The translations under genes and the position numbers were made by a program. Shown in pieces: positions 25,127 through 36,539 of a stretch of 64,000 bases of DNA (position 1 is the stretch's first letter; every line of letters starts with the position of its first letter). A model generated the notes under the pieces. The model searched no databases and was not told where the DNA came from. It was given only the letters and a program-made list of their open reading frames with translations. The DNA is from Chlorokybus atmophyticus. Its lineage: Eukaryota; Plantae; Mesostigma and Chlorokybus algae. Location: contig RHPI01002491.1 in the NCBI GenBank assembly GCA_009103225.1, forward strand, positions 105,707 to 169,706. Direction: 5' to 3'.

Positions 25127-27603
25127 ATGGGGCCGTCGCAGGCGACGACGACCTCCATGGAGCTGTCAACGGCGGCGACTCTTCAGGCAGCTTGCGTTGC
25201 CACGCCGCAGCTGTCGTGGCCACGTAGGGCTCGACGACAACGTGCTGCCAGGGCGCAAGCTGTTCGTGAGCAGAATGGCAATGTGGCTCACAAGTCAATG
25301 TTGGGTGATGACTCTGCTTTGCTAGTGGTATTCCCGATCACGGAATACCGAGTCGCATGACAGTGCACATGCTTGCTCTCCTCTGAGCTGCACAATTGCA
25401 TTGCATGCAATAAGGGCCCCTGGCCTGTCGGCGTCCATTCTTATCGTCGGTAGTTCAGCCCTTAAGTTGCACAGGTGTTTGAACTGGTGAAGCTACTACT
25501 AAAGCACTGCAATATCATTGCACATGTTTGGGTAACTGGTTGTATGGAAACTTGCCAAATGCTACAGACCCAAAGTGAATCAGCAAGCAAGCAATCCAAC
25601 AAACCCTGACACTGTCGTATGTTGTGTGCTCCAGCAGCGGTATCTATGTCGGCAGCAGTGGACAACATTTCACCCTCTGCTTCCATCCCCTCCACCTCCT
25701 CCTCCTCCTCCTCCTCCGCGGTTTTCACCCATGTCCTGCCATCCCGCTCGCCCTCCCCTTCATACTCGCGTACCCGCTCGCCCTCTCCGGAAAATGACGC
25801 TGTCTGCCTCGAGTGGTCCAGCGAACGCCGCGAAGTGAGCGATGTGCATTGCGTGTTTGCAAGCTGCGAATGCACCAACACGTCTCAGTCTGCTCGTTGC
25901 AGGTGACATTGTTTTATGCGAAAGAGGCGGAAGATCTGGCCAGGCAGGTTGCTGCGCAGAGCGGAGATATCCAGCTTGGGGCCATCAACTGGGGGTACAT
26001 TGCAGAGACAATCCAGATGAAACTCTCCAACATGCAACATGTCCTTGTTGTTCAACTCCAGTTCTGTGCACAGGCAGTTTCAGGATGGCTTTCCCAACCT
26101 CTTTATTCCAGACGCGACAAGGATACGAAACCGACATGTGGCTTTCTTGGCGTCATTCCACTCTCCACCGGTGATATTTGAGCAGCTGTCTGTCATATAC
26201 GCCCTCCCCCGCATGTTCGTGCGCTCCTTCTCCCTTGTCCTCCCCTTCTTCCCAACCGGTACCGCATGCTTGTTCTATTCCAGAGTCATACCAACATGAG
26301 TTGGTTGTACTTGTCATCAGCATGACGGTTGTGGCTGCGCAACGCAACAGGCACTGTCGAGAGAATGGAGGATGAGGGTGATATCGCCACAGCGTACACT
26401 CTAGCACGCCTGTTGTCCAAAGTTCCCCTCTCTCGAGGAGGCCCGACATCAGTTGTCATCTTCGATATTCATGCCCTGCAGGTGTGAGGTTGGTTGAAAA
26501 CTGCGTCGAGTTGCCTGCGAATGCTCAGAAAGGTTGCGTGTGCTGCGGCAATACACCGCACTTTATAATGAATGTCGCGCAGGAGCGGTTTTACTTTGGG
26601 GATGACGTGTTGCCCGTGTTTGAGAGCGGAATACCCCTTTTGAAACGTGAGCTTCGCAGGTTGCCCGATGCGGACAGGGTAGGTGCATGCGCTCTGGTTC
26701 GCCAAAATGTACCTGCAATGCAGCCTTATGGTAGCTTTGCCATGCCTCATGCAGCCTTGTGCATTCCGTTTTTATCAAGTGCAGCTGTTCAGTGCGTGAC
26801 AGTGTGTGCTCTCACCTTGCTCAGATAACCATTGCCTACCCCGACGAAGGTGCCTGGAAGCGATTCAACAAACAGTTTGGTGACTTTCCAGAGGTACATT
26901 TACTACCGCACTTACACATCTATTGTGGGAACTACATGTCGGGCACCTTATCTTCCTTGTCAGGTGATTTGCACGAAAGTGCGCGATGGCGATAAGAGAC
27001 TTGTCCAACTGAAAGAAGGCGATCCCCGCGGGCGACATGTGGTCATTGTGGATGATCTGGTGCAGTCTGGCGGCACGCTTATTGAATGCCAGGCAAGCAC
27101 TCAACGGGGTTGAGGTCTCTGTGTTGACACTGAATTCATGCTTCAAGTCGCATGTTGAACCAGCATTGCTGTGTCTTTGAGTTGCTTCGCGTATCAACAG
27201 GTATGTTGTGTCGTTGTGCGTGTGTGCAGAAGCTACTGACAGCTGTGGGTGCGGCGGAAGTCAGTGCGTACGCTACGCACGGCGTCTTTCCAAACCAATC
27301 GTGGCGTCGTTTCGCCCGTGGCAACAAAGGTGAGAGCACCACATCCAGTGTTGCATGCCAAGAGCATGTGGCCTGCCGGCCACATCAGTCACTTGGTGGC
27401 CGCTTGATCTGCCTTCTGGCCACATCACATAGTTAAGCTCGACATGTAATGGCTTGCTTGTGTGGGTGAGCGCAGAGGGAGTGTCATTCAAAAGGTTTTG
27501 GATGACGGACTCATGTCCCATTATCGCACGTGAGGTCGCAGGGCAAGAACCGTTTGAGGTCATCAGCTTGGCATCCGCCATTGCTGCAGCACTGCAGATC
27601 TGA
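25127..27603 (+). CDS. Class II (phosphate-independent, plant PRS3/PRS4-like) ribose-phosphate pyrophosphokinase with a probable transit peptide; about 10 exons
   Basis: [10 protein letters not shown]...[25 protein letters not shown]; [24 protein letters not shown]; [13 protein letters not shown]; [11 protein letters not shown]; [18 protein letters not shown]; [17 protein letters not shown]. Confidence 0.93.
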
Positions 27604-28439
27604 GCCGCAGCATTTACCTACCAACTGCTGAGTGTCGTATAACCGATGGATATTTGTCAGACCACAAGTATTATTGTCGCTCCATCCAACAGCCTCACGC
27701 TGCCCTGCCGTCCGCGACAGGTTGCCTCGGTTCATGCAAGCCTGGAAGGACAAACTCTACCGACCTTGCCTGCAGATTGGCACAGTATCATGGTGTTGTT
27801 ACTGCTGCGAGGACACAGGGCACGCGTTGGCAGCACAACGCTGTTGCAAGCGGTCTGCCTGGCTCTTGCCATGAGAACGAAATAGTGCAGACGGTGTTTT
27901 GCTGGCGACAACTATGTATACCAGTTTTGCTGATGTATTCCCTCCATATGTTGCCATGCAGACCTGTACCATGCGGTCGTTGAGCAACTACATGGCGCTC
28001 TACAGCATGCTATGCTGCCCATGTGTTGGATTGGTGGTGGTTGTTTACTCAATACTCTGCAGCTGTGATCAGTTAGTATGCAGTTGCTCCGTGGCCGCAG
28101 CTTGCTGGCTATTAAAAAGTCTCAGCGTGGCGTTGCCGCACATGTGTGCAAGCAATAAGCGAAACAGTTTGCGCCGCGCCTGCGTTGAGCTTGACAGCTG
28201 TAGGCACAGCTTGCCCCGTGCATCGGTCTCGGATTGAATTGCAATTCCTGCGGTGCCTGCAGCAAGGTACTGCTAGGCACTGACACCTGTGGCACCACCT
28301 ACCAGTGGTAGGTTTAACTTTGGAAGAGCTGCTGGCCTCAAAGCAGAACCTGCCAAAAGTTACGGTACACTGATGCCGCCAGCGATCGTGCAACCCTGCA
28401 TGGCAAGCATTGCAAAATTAGCTTTCAGACTTCCATGGC

Positions 28440-30609
28440 ATGACAGGCAGCCTCGACTGGTCAGTTGACACGCCTGTTGGAGAGGACGACGCGGCGGCGG
28501 CGGCGGAGGAGGAAGAGGAGGAAGAGGAGGAGACGCACGAGGACAAGGAGGATCAGCGGCCAGATAGACCAGCTTGTGCTGCAGCTTGTGCTGCAGCTGT
28601 CCGCTGCAAGCACAGCTTAACTGACGGCCTATCTGGTCCGGCAGCACTGCTGCATGTTGTGCTGAGCGGCCTCTTGGTGGTGTGGGCCCAGCCTAGTGGC
28701 ACATTCTGCAGCAGCGGGGTTAAGGTAAGCAGCGCCCACTTTCAATGCTTGATGTGGCCGTTGAAGTACCTTCCTCAGAAGCAGCTGATCTGTACGCGAC
28801 TCCTGTTCAGCATGCCGATGCATGCTTGACAGGATGTGCGTATAGATCAGCTGTTGCCGAGGGGCTTCTCTTCGGCAACAATCCAGTACAATCTCATAGA
28901 TGGCGGTGTAGCTTGCCTTACTTATGCTTGTTGTGTGTGCGGTACTGGTGGTGGTATCGCACTTAGCAAGGCGCTGGCAAATACATGTACTATTTGCCTC
29001 CCTCTTGCAACCATCAGTTCGCCTCCAACGACTCTCAAGACTTTGAATGCTGCAGACGGAAAGCAACGCGTTGTTGAGCATCATTGCAGGGTTGGAGTTG
29101 CCCTTTCCGATGTTGTGGTGCGGTGCCATGACGAAAGGGGAAGCTCAGCGGCAGGCCAAGCTGGACTGGAGCGCCTTACCTGCAACCTGCCTCCACTTGG
29201 CGATGCTGCATGCGGGTGCCACAGCCACAGCAGCATGTGCACTCGTCTGCAAGTAAGTGCACGTAGATGCATGCGTCTGCATGCCTACGCATGCAGGGTT
29301 ATGAGTTCACAGTGAGAGCGCGCCAACACGGATGCATGCATGCGCACAGGCATGCGAGGTCATGAGCTCACAGTGCATGCATGTTGTGACTTGTGCATGA
29401 CGATTTTGGCATGCTGTGTGCCCCAGGTCTTGGACTGCTGTTGCAAACGATGATGCTCTGTGGGAGCAGTTCTGCGCCAATCACTATCCCGAGTTTGCTT
29501 CGAAGGGACCCTCATCGACACACAAGTCCACATACCTACGCGCCAGGGCGTGGCCAACCCGCATCACCAGCGTCAAGTCCCACAGCGACAGCCCGGCCTG
29601 CAACAGGGCAAGGCACGCATGGAACATGCCGAGGCGCGTGGTGATGTGCGGACCGGACCGCATAGTGTGCGTGTATCACAACGCCCCGCGATGGGTGCAC
29701 GTGTGGGATGTGGGCGCCGACTCCTGCTGGGAGTTTGAAATGTCCATTTGCCAGAACGGTCACATTGCGTGCTTCTGGCACGACAACAAGCTGTGGTCGC
29801 TGTCGCAGTTGCGCGTGGAGGCATGGGACTTGGACTCGAGGCAATGCGTGTTGGCCATCCCATACAACAGGACGCAGCCTTTTGACCACGCCGTGATGTC
29901 GTCTGGACTCTTCGCCATGTGCGATGCAAAGCGCATGGAGGTGTGGAACGCCACTGAGAATCCAACAAGTCTTGAAACGCAACAACTTCCGATACCAGAC
30001 TGTACCGTGATCCGACCCGGCCAGTACGGGAGGTTCTGCGCTTTGAAGGCAGGGACATCAAAGTCAACATTGGCAGACCTGCGCCCAGCCTTCATCATTG
30101 ACTCCACTCGCGGGTGGAAGCCCACTCCCATTGGCAGCATAGAGCCCTGCAGGTCTGGCCAGTGGGATGCTGCTGTTCCCAGAGATGGCATGGCCGTGTT
30201 GTACAGCAGACATTGTACATCACACGCCATGGAGTTTGTTCGTGACATCAGGACTTGCGACGCTGAGCTTCGCCGGGTGTGCTTTGAGTTGCCAGAAAAG
30301 ACCCTAGCAAGCCTAAGCCAGCCTCCTGAGAGTTTTGCAGATGGCAACATGTTTGTACATGTGTTTTCCTTTGCCAATGACTCCAGTGACAACCAACACT
30401 GCTGCGGCATTTACGTTGGGAATGCGAGTGGGTCAGGAAGATGGCTTATCATCTCACCGGGGAATGCTGCAGCGCTGAGGTTGGAGAATGCTTTTAGCTT
30501 CTACCCTTGTCCACATGAACGGGGCTGCCGCGATGTGGCTGTAGGCATCAATGCTGGTAGGGTATGTGTCGCTGTTAACGCAGCACTGTTTCTCATAAAC
30601 ATTGAGTGA
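28440..30609 (+). CDS. F-box protein with a beta-rich C-terminal domain; 5' exon structure uncertain
   Basis: The F-box is split by an intron: LDWSALPATCLHLAMLHAGATATAACALVCK / SWTAVANDDALWEQFC. A ~390-aa last exon has WD-like VHVWDV/VEAWDL segments. Confidence 0.72.
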
Positions 30610-31151
30610 AGCACCTGCCTGCGCATTCTTGACATGCTAATGATTCAGCGCGTTCGTACTGGATGATTTAGTTGCTGATGGCAGATGACGTGCTGTAAGT
30701 GTTGCAAGTGTTGCAGCACATCCTGCCACCTGCAACTAGATCACGTATGCAGACACGCGCAAACACACAGCGCATGCGCGCATGCGTGCCACGCGCTTGC
30801 AGTGCAAACGTTGCTTGATCTACATTGTCTCCCTCTGACTCTGAAAGCAGCCAACCAAGCGGTAGTCAACACGTGTTTTACCCTGACCTGCAAGCTCAGC
30901 AGATACCAACGCGCACAATGGTGCCGCGGGTTCCACAATCATCACAACAGAAGGGCAATGCAGGTCTTGAGTGGCCATCTAGAGTAGCACTTTGTGCACC
31001 TATTGACGCTCCAACCTGCCTGCTCTGCTAGACTGAAGACTGCAGCTGTGTCATGGCCTTGATAAATAAAAATCATGACCAAGGAAACAAGTGCAAGTAT
31101 ATAAGTTACTGCATTTGTACAAAGTATCTCTTGGCCTAGGCAAAAGGCACG

Positions 31152-33606
31152 CTATGTGGGTAATGGCGCATCAGCTTGCACGCCCAACAGTGCAAGCAAG
31201 CCGCTTCGCAAGTAGCCCAAAACAGCCAGGGCCAGCAGTAGCATTCCGGCAGATACAGCTGGCAATGCAAGGGGCAAGGAATGTCCCTCAAGCAAGCGAG
31301 ACTCTGTGTGAACATAATCATCCGCTTCACCAGCGGGAGCCTCCTGGTAAGCAGCGCGATCCAGAGCCTCGGCAGTATGCTTTGCGCGCAGACGCTCATG
31401 TTCAAGCTGCTGTTCGAGACTTTCAAGTTGCGTCATGAGCTCACCAAGCCTCTCCCGCATGGCCTCTTGCCCTATGAAGCCTGCAGTGCATAACCATATC
31501 AATCGTAGAACCGTATGTCGCAGTGCATGCTGCAAGTTTCACTGCTGCGGTGCCTGTGCACGACAGAAGCCACATTGACATACCTTCAGGTGCTGATGTC
31601 TGCTCGTCAAAGTGCTCAGCAATGTTGCTTGGACCGCTGCGGCGCGAGACAGGAGCTGTTGCAGCTGCAGCCTCGCGAGCTTCCGTCAGCACGGGGCTGA
31701 CTGTCGCAGTGGGAGAGTCATCACGCAGGCCATGGTCTGCAGGGTAGGTGGCATCCAGGTGCAGTTGCAACATCTCAACCTGCAGAGCTCCCTGCTGCTT
31801 GGTGAAGGCAGGGACATTCTGCTGGGACAGTGCTGGTTCGGCCATGTCTGGAACACAGCTGCCTGCTTGGTCACGCAAAGTATGCTTTGTCCATTGCTCA
31901 AGCTCACAGCTCACAGCAGCGTTGCACACGTGCGGCTGGTTGAGCATGTCTAGCTTGCAGTAACTAGCAGCATCCCGTGTTGCTGGGCGTGCCAAATGCT
32001 GCTTTGGCCATTGCTCAAGCTCGCAGCTGACAGCAGCGTTGCACATGTCCGGCTGCTTGCGCATGTCTAGCTTGTCTAGCTCGCAATAGACAACAGCATC
32101 CCGCGTGGATGGGCGTGCCAACTGCTGCTCACACACAGTCTGAACGCTCGCATCTGAAGTTTCCAACCTCACATCACAGCCGACACCCACATCGCAAGTG
32201 TCCTGTACATGCAGGGCATACGCCGCCCTTTCCATTTCCACGGCTGCCAGCCGGCCTTGCAAGTCTGCGCACAGGGCCCACAGCTCCTTATTCTTATCTT
32301 GCGAGCGGGCCAGAGACGTCTGGAGGACCTCTCGCGACACCTTCAGCTCGTGTTGGGTCTGAAGCAAACGCGCAATCTTGGCATCGCGCCGCTCCTGCAT
32401 CGCTTGTATCTCTTTGAAGCTGGCGACAATGGACTCCGCATGCTCGGTCGAATGATGATAATCCAAGCGCTCGCCATTCGTCTCTTGCAACACGCGCAGC
32501 TTGCTGGAAGGTGACTCCAGCACGTGCATACGTCCAAAGCCATCCGCAACAGGCGACAAAACAGGGGATGCCATGAACGCGGGTGGCTTTATTGGTGTCA
32601 CTGCGGCCCGCCACGCGCCCTCATCAATGATCTGGCGAAAGGCGGCGGCCTCCTTCTGGGCCGATGGTGGAAGAGGCATAGCCTTGGCTCTGTGGTGGTG
32701 ATGCGAGGATTTATGCTTGTTGCTTGCTGACTGCTGCTGCTCGCCAACTTGAAGCCCAGCCATTTCTTCGCAGAGCTGTTTTACACCGTTTGGCAAAGCA
32801 GGCACCTCCATGGGCAAAGCATGTCCTTCTCCATTGTCAGGTGCTGTACGCGGCGTGCGAGCTGGAGTCGAGCTCGGTGTCACAGTGCTCGGCGTGCCAG
32901 ACTTCAGCAGTCTCGACTCACCATCCTAACAATCCAGAACAGTTTTGCATTAGATGACTACTAAATACAACATACATAGCACTGGGATGCCTTATGCGGG
33001 GGGCAGTTGTGTAAATACAAGTGAGCAGAATGACAACACGCACGCACATGCAGTCGTACAATTGCTGTTCTGCGTGATGGCATCAACACAAGAGAGCACT
33101 TAGCACATGTGTCAACTTATATCTGTCAAGTTGTCCTGCGTAAAAACTGTATCTGTGGAGTATGGGTATGCTACTCTTGCAGGATCTGGCATGAACATAT
33201 GTGCAACTTGACAAACAAGGGCCTACAAGTACCTCTTGTCAACGCCTCTACTAAGCAAACAACAGCACAGGCACATTGTTTTTGACTCTCACAAATCAGC
33301 ATCGGTATAAGGGCGAGTAGCACAGTCAATTTTGCTGTGTCGCGCCAAAAACTCAAAAACCCTAGTCACCTGCAGCAATTGGACGCATGCGTCCACATGC
33401 TGGTAGCCCTGCTTGAGTCCGTCGCGCAGTTGCTCCTCCTCCCGCAGCGCCCGCCGCAGCCGCCTCACGCGGGACTTCTCAGCGGCGGCCGCAGCAGCGT
33501 CGAGCGCCATCGCAGGAGACGTGGCCTTGACCCTGGCGCCCTCCCTGGCCAGGACGGCGGCAGCGCTCACGCTGCCGCCGGCAGCCGCATCCGTGCCCCC
33601 CGCCAT
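31152..33606 (-). CDS. Tail-anchored coiled-coil protein ending in PLPT (KASH candidate); 3 exons
   Basis: Exon 1 MAGGTDAAAGG...VQLLQ splices in phase to the 480-aa ORF (31441-32883), which splices in phase to GFIGQEAMRERLGELMTQLESLEQQL...AVSAGMLLLALAVLGYLRSGLLALLGVQADAPLPT*. Confidence 0.7.
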
Positions 33607-34077
33607 GCCACACGACGCCACCAGGCGCAAGCTACAAAGATAGCTCTCCTACATCCAATCCATGCTGAGCAGGAGGAGCCCTACACAGCGGCCGAGCCCA
33701 AGCCCGCCGCCGCCGCCGCCCGCCACCTCATCGCCCACATGCGCCAGCAACATTTCAGCTGGGGCAAAGCCAGAATTCAAATTTTCGGTTGTTGCATTGT
33801 CGACTCAGTGCCGGTTGTCGTGTTAACATCCGCCGACAGTCGTCATAGATTTCCGAGCGAACCCTCGGAGGCATCGGCTTCCTGCTGCCGACGCTGTCGA
33901 CGTTGTCGACGCCTGAGAGCTGCTGTCGCACACAGGCCGGGTGTTCCACGTCACCAGGTGGTGGCGGCGGCGCAGGAGGAGCAGGAGGAGCAGAGGGCGG
34001 AGTGCGCGGGAGGCCAACAGGCATAGCTCCGGTTGGTAGGGTTTGGTAGCCATGAGGCGGCGGGGGTGAATTGTGAG

Positions 34078-35079
34078 ATGGCGCCGGCGCTGAGCATGAA
34101 CGGGGGCCCGCCGCACAGCAACAAGCGAGCGTACCAGCAGGAAGACGGCGAGGAGGAGCAGGAAGAGGAAGACGAGCACGAGAGCATCGTTGGTGCTGCC
34201 CGCCTGGCGCAGAAGGGGGCAAAGTTCGCCAGGTGGCATGGGCAATTTGGGCAGACACTTGACCAGCAGCAACAGCAGCAGCAGGCAGGGCTCCAGGTTA
34301 ACGGAGGCGGCGCACACTCTCATCACTCGCTCGCCAACGGCGTGGATGGGTACAATCAGCAGCCAGGCCACATTGACGCAGAGGCTCAAGCGGCGGCTGT
34401 AGCCCACCATCATCACCTGTCTCCTCAGGTGGGAAATCAGCTTCTTGAACAGCGGTTGAGATGTGCATGTTGTGTTTGCTGTCCTGCATGTTGCACAGTC
34501 GTGATGCACAAACCCCAATGCTTCTGGACATGCACACGACATGTCAGTGTTGCTGGCACAAGTGCCACTGTTGCATTGCGGAGGCTGCTGCTCTGAGGTG
34601 GACACTTGCGCCGTCAGGCCACGTATATAGCGTTGCAACACTATGCAGACTTGCCTGATACTGTTCACCATTCTCATAAATCACGTTTGGTACTGGTTGA
34701 GCATGGCACCGCTTATAGATATCTTGGATAGCATGGCACATATGAGCATATGGTGATGAGTGGAGCCGTGCATGGACGTGCGTGAAGATGACATTTAGCT
34801 GCACCCGTCTTCGCACTGTATGCTGGGCAGCAGTCCCTCGCGCATACCCTGGCGCTTTCACGTCCCTTACACCACACTTATCATCTGGCCACACTGTTGT
34901 CATCGCCATGGGTGCCACTACTGCAGGCATGCTTGATGTGATATGTTGTGTGCTTGCAGGAGGGCGATGGCAAGCAACCTATCCCAAGCAATTGGGGACT
35001 GTACAGAGACATGAACGAGTTGCTGCATCAGATGCACTTGGAGCGCATGCGCCGCGGCGTGAGCCATAATCATTCATAA
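34078..35079 (+). CDS. Small low-complexity protein with a conserved-looking C-terminal helix (VCF1/FAM104-like motif); 2 exons
   Basis: MAPALSMNGGPPHSNKRAYQQEDGEEEQEEED...HHHHLSPQ|GT, then AG|EGDGKQPIPSNWGLYRDMNELLHQMHLERMRRGVSHNHS*. A TAGGGTTT telo-box lies at about 34037. Confidence 0.6.
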
Positions 35080-36539
35080 GACCTCAGGCAGCCGGATGGA
35101 GCGGACATAGAGCTCAGTGCTTTGGGCTTGACAGCCATCAACTCCAAATGTGTTGCTCGTCAATCACTGCTGTATTGGCAGTATCATGCCCCTACGCTGC
35201 TGAGAACTCTGTTAGCTCCGGCCCTTGTATAGAATCCAAATCTTGCTAGCTCGGCATCCCCGTTGATGTACCTATTGTACAGTATGCTGCACACGCCACT
35301 GTTATACCTTTCACAACTGGCGTATGGCTGTGCTGCAATTTGCTTTATTATAACACTTGCTGAGCGCAGGGATGAAGTAGCGCCCACCCGCAGCTGTCTG
35401 TGTTCGAACATGTGTTGGATCTATTACACATGGCGTGTATAGCTATGCAAATGGTTGTGCAGAAAGGCAGGGTTGCGACCAGCTATACTTGGGCTGGGCA
35501 GGCGCAGTGATGAGCAGAGTGAGGGCAGCAGCTGCGTCATACGACAGTCACGCGAGACTGCCGACAGATCCAACGGTTTGAACAGGCCCAATAGATAGGG
35601 CGTAAGATCTGACGGTCAGAAAGGCCCCAAACCAGACGTGTGCAATGTTGCACATATTGTGGGCTTGAGCTTAGCTGTCTCAAGCGGGAAGCTTGAGGTA
35701 CATCTTGGTGTGTGTGTGTAGGCTGAGCACATCAAGTATGGGCACATGGGTTGGGAGTTGCAACTCGCATAAGCCATGTGCAACGGGAGTGACACAATGA
35801 CGAGGCATTGTCAACCAAGCACATGCCCATGTAAGGGCATGAGAGGTAGGATCGCCACACGCCAGTGCGTGTGTGGTCCAAACGTGGCACCATAGAGTTA
35901 TAATCAAAGTCAAAATGTGAGTCAACAATGGTTATAAGTCAATATCAAATTTGATCAAGGCTTGTATATAAGTGAGCAAGCGCTCACTAGTCAAAGATGC
36001 AAGCTTGAGGCATTCAAGCGCTTGTGCAGGTGCGTGTGCATCCTAGGGAAGGCTCTACAAGTGGGCTGTTTGGGAAGATCATTGAAGGGGGTGCCAAGCT
36101 AAGGAGGCTACAAGGTTTCAACAAGGTACTTGGTGTACTTGTTGCGAATTGCTATTGTTGTTGGCACACACTAGTAGTCTTGCACAAGTTGAGAGTAACT
36201 TGTTGTAAGCTAGTGCGAGTCTTCAATCTTGTGATGTGCAAAGAGTGCAACACACAAGTGTAAAGACACAAGCATTGCACAAGTTGAGAGTAACTTGTGT
36301 GTAAGCTGATGTGCGAGTGTTGTGTTATAGCAAGAGTGCTATACACAATTGCATTGCAAGTTACATTGTCGCCACTCAAGTGTGGTATAAGCATATCTAG
36401 CTTGGGCCGGCGTCGCATTGGACTCGGAGCTAGTTACGATTGAAGGCAAAGTGTGAATTGGGCATTCACAATTAAATTTTAAGTGAGTTCAAGTGAACTA
36501 ACACCGTGTGTGTGTGTGTTGTGTTAATTATATTTAACT

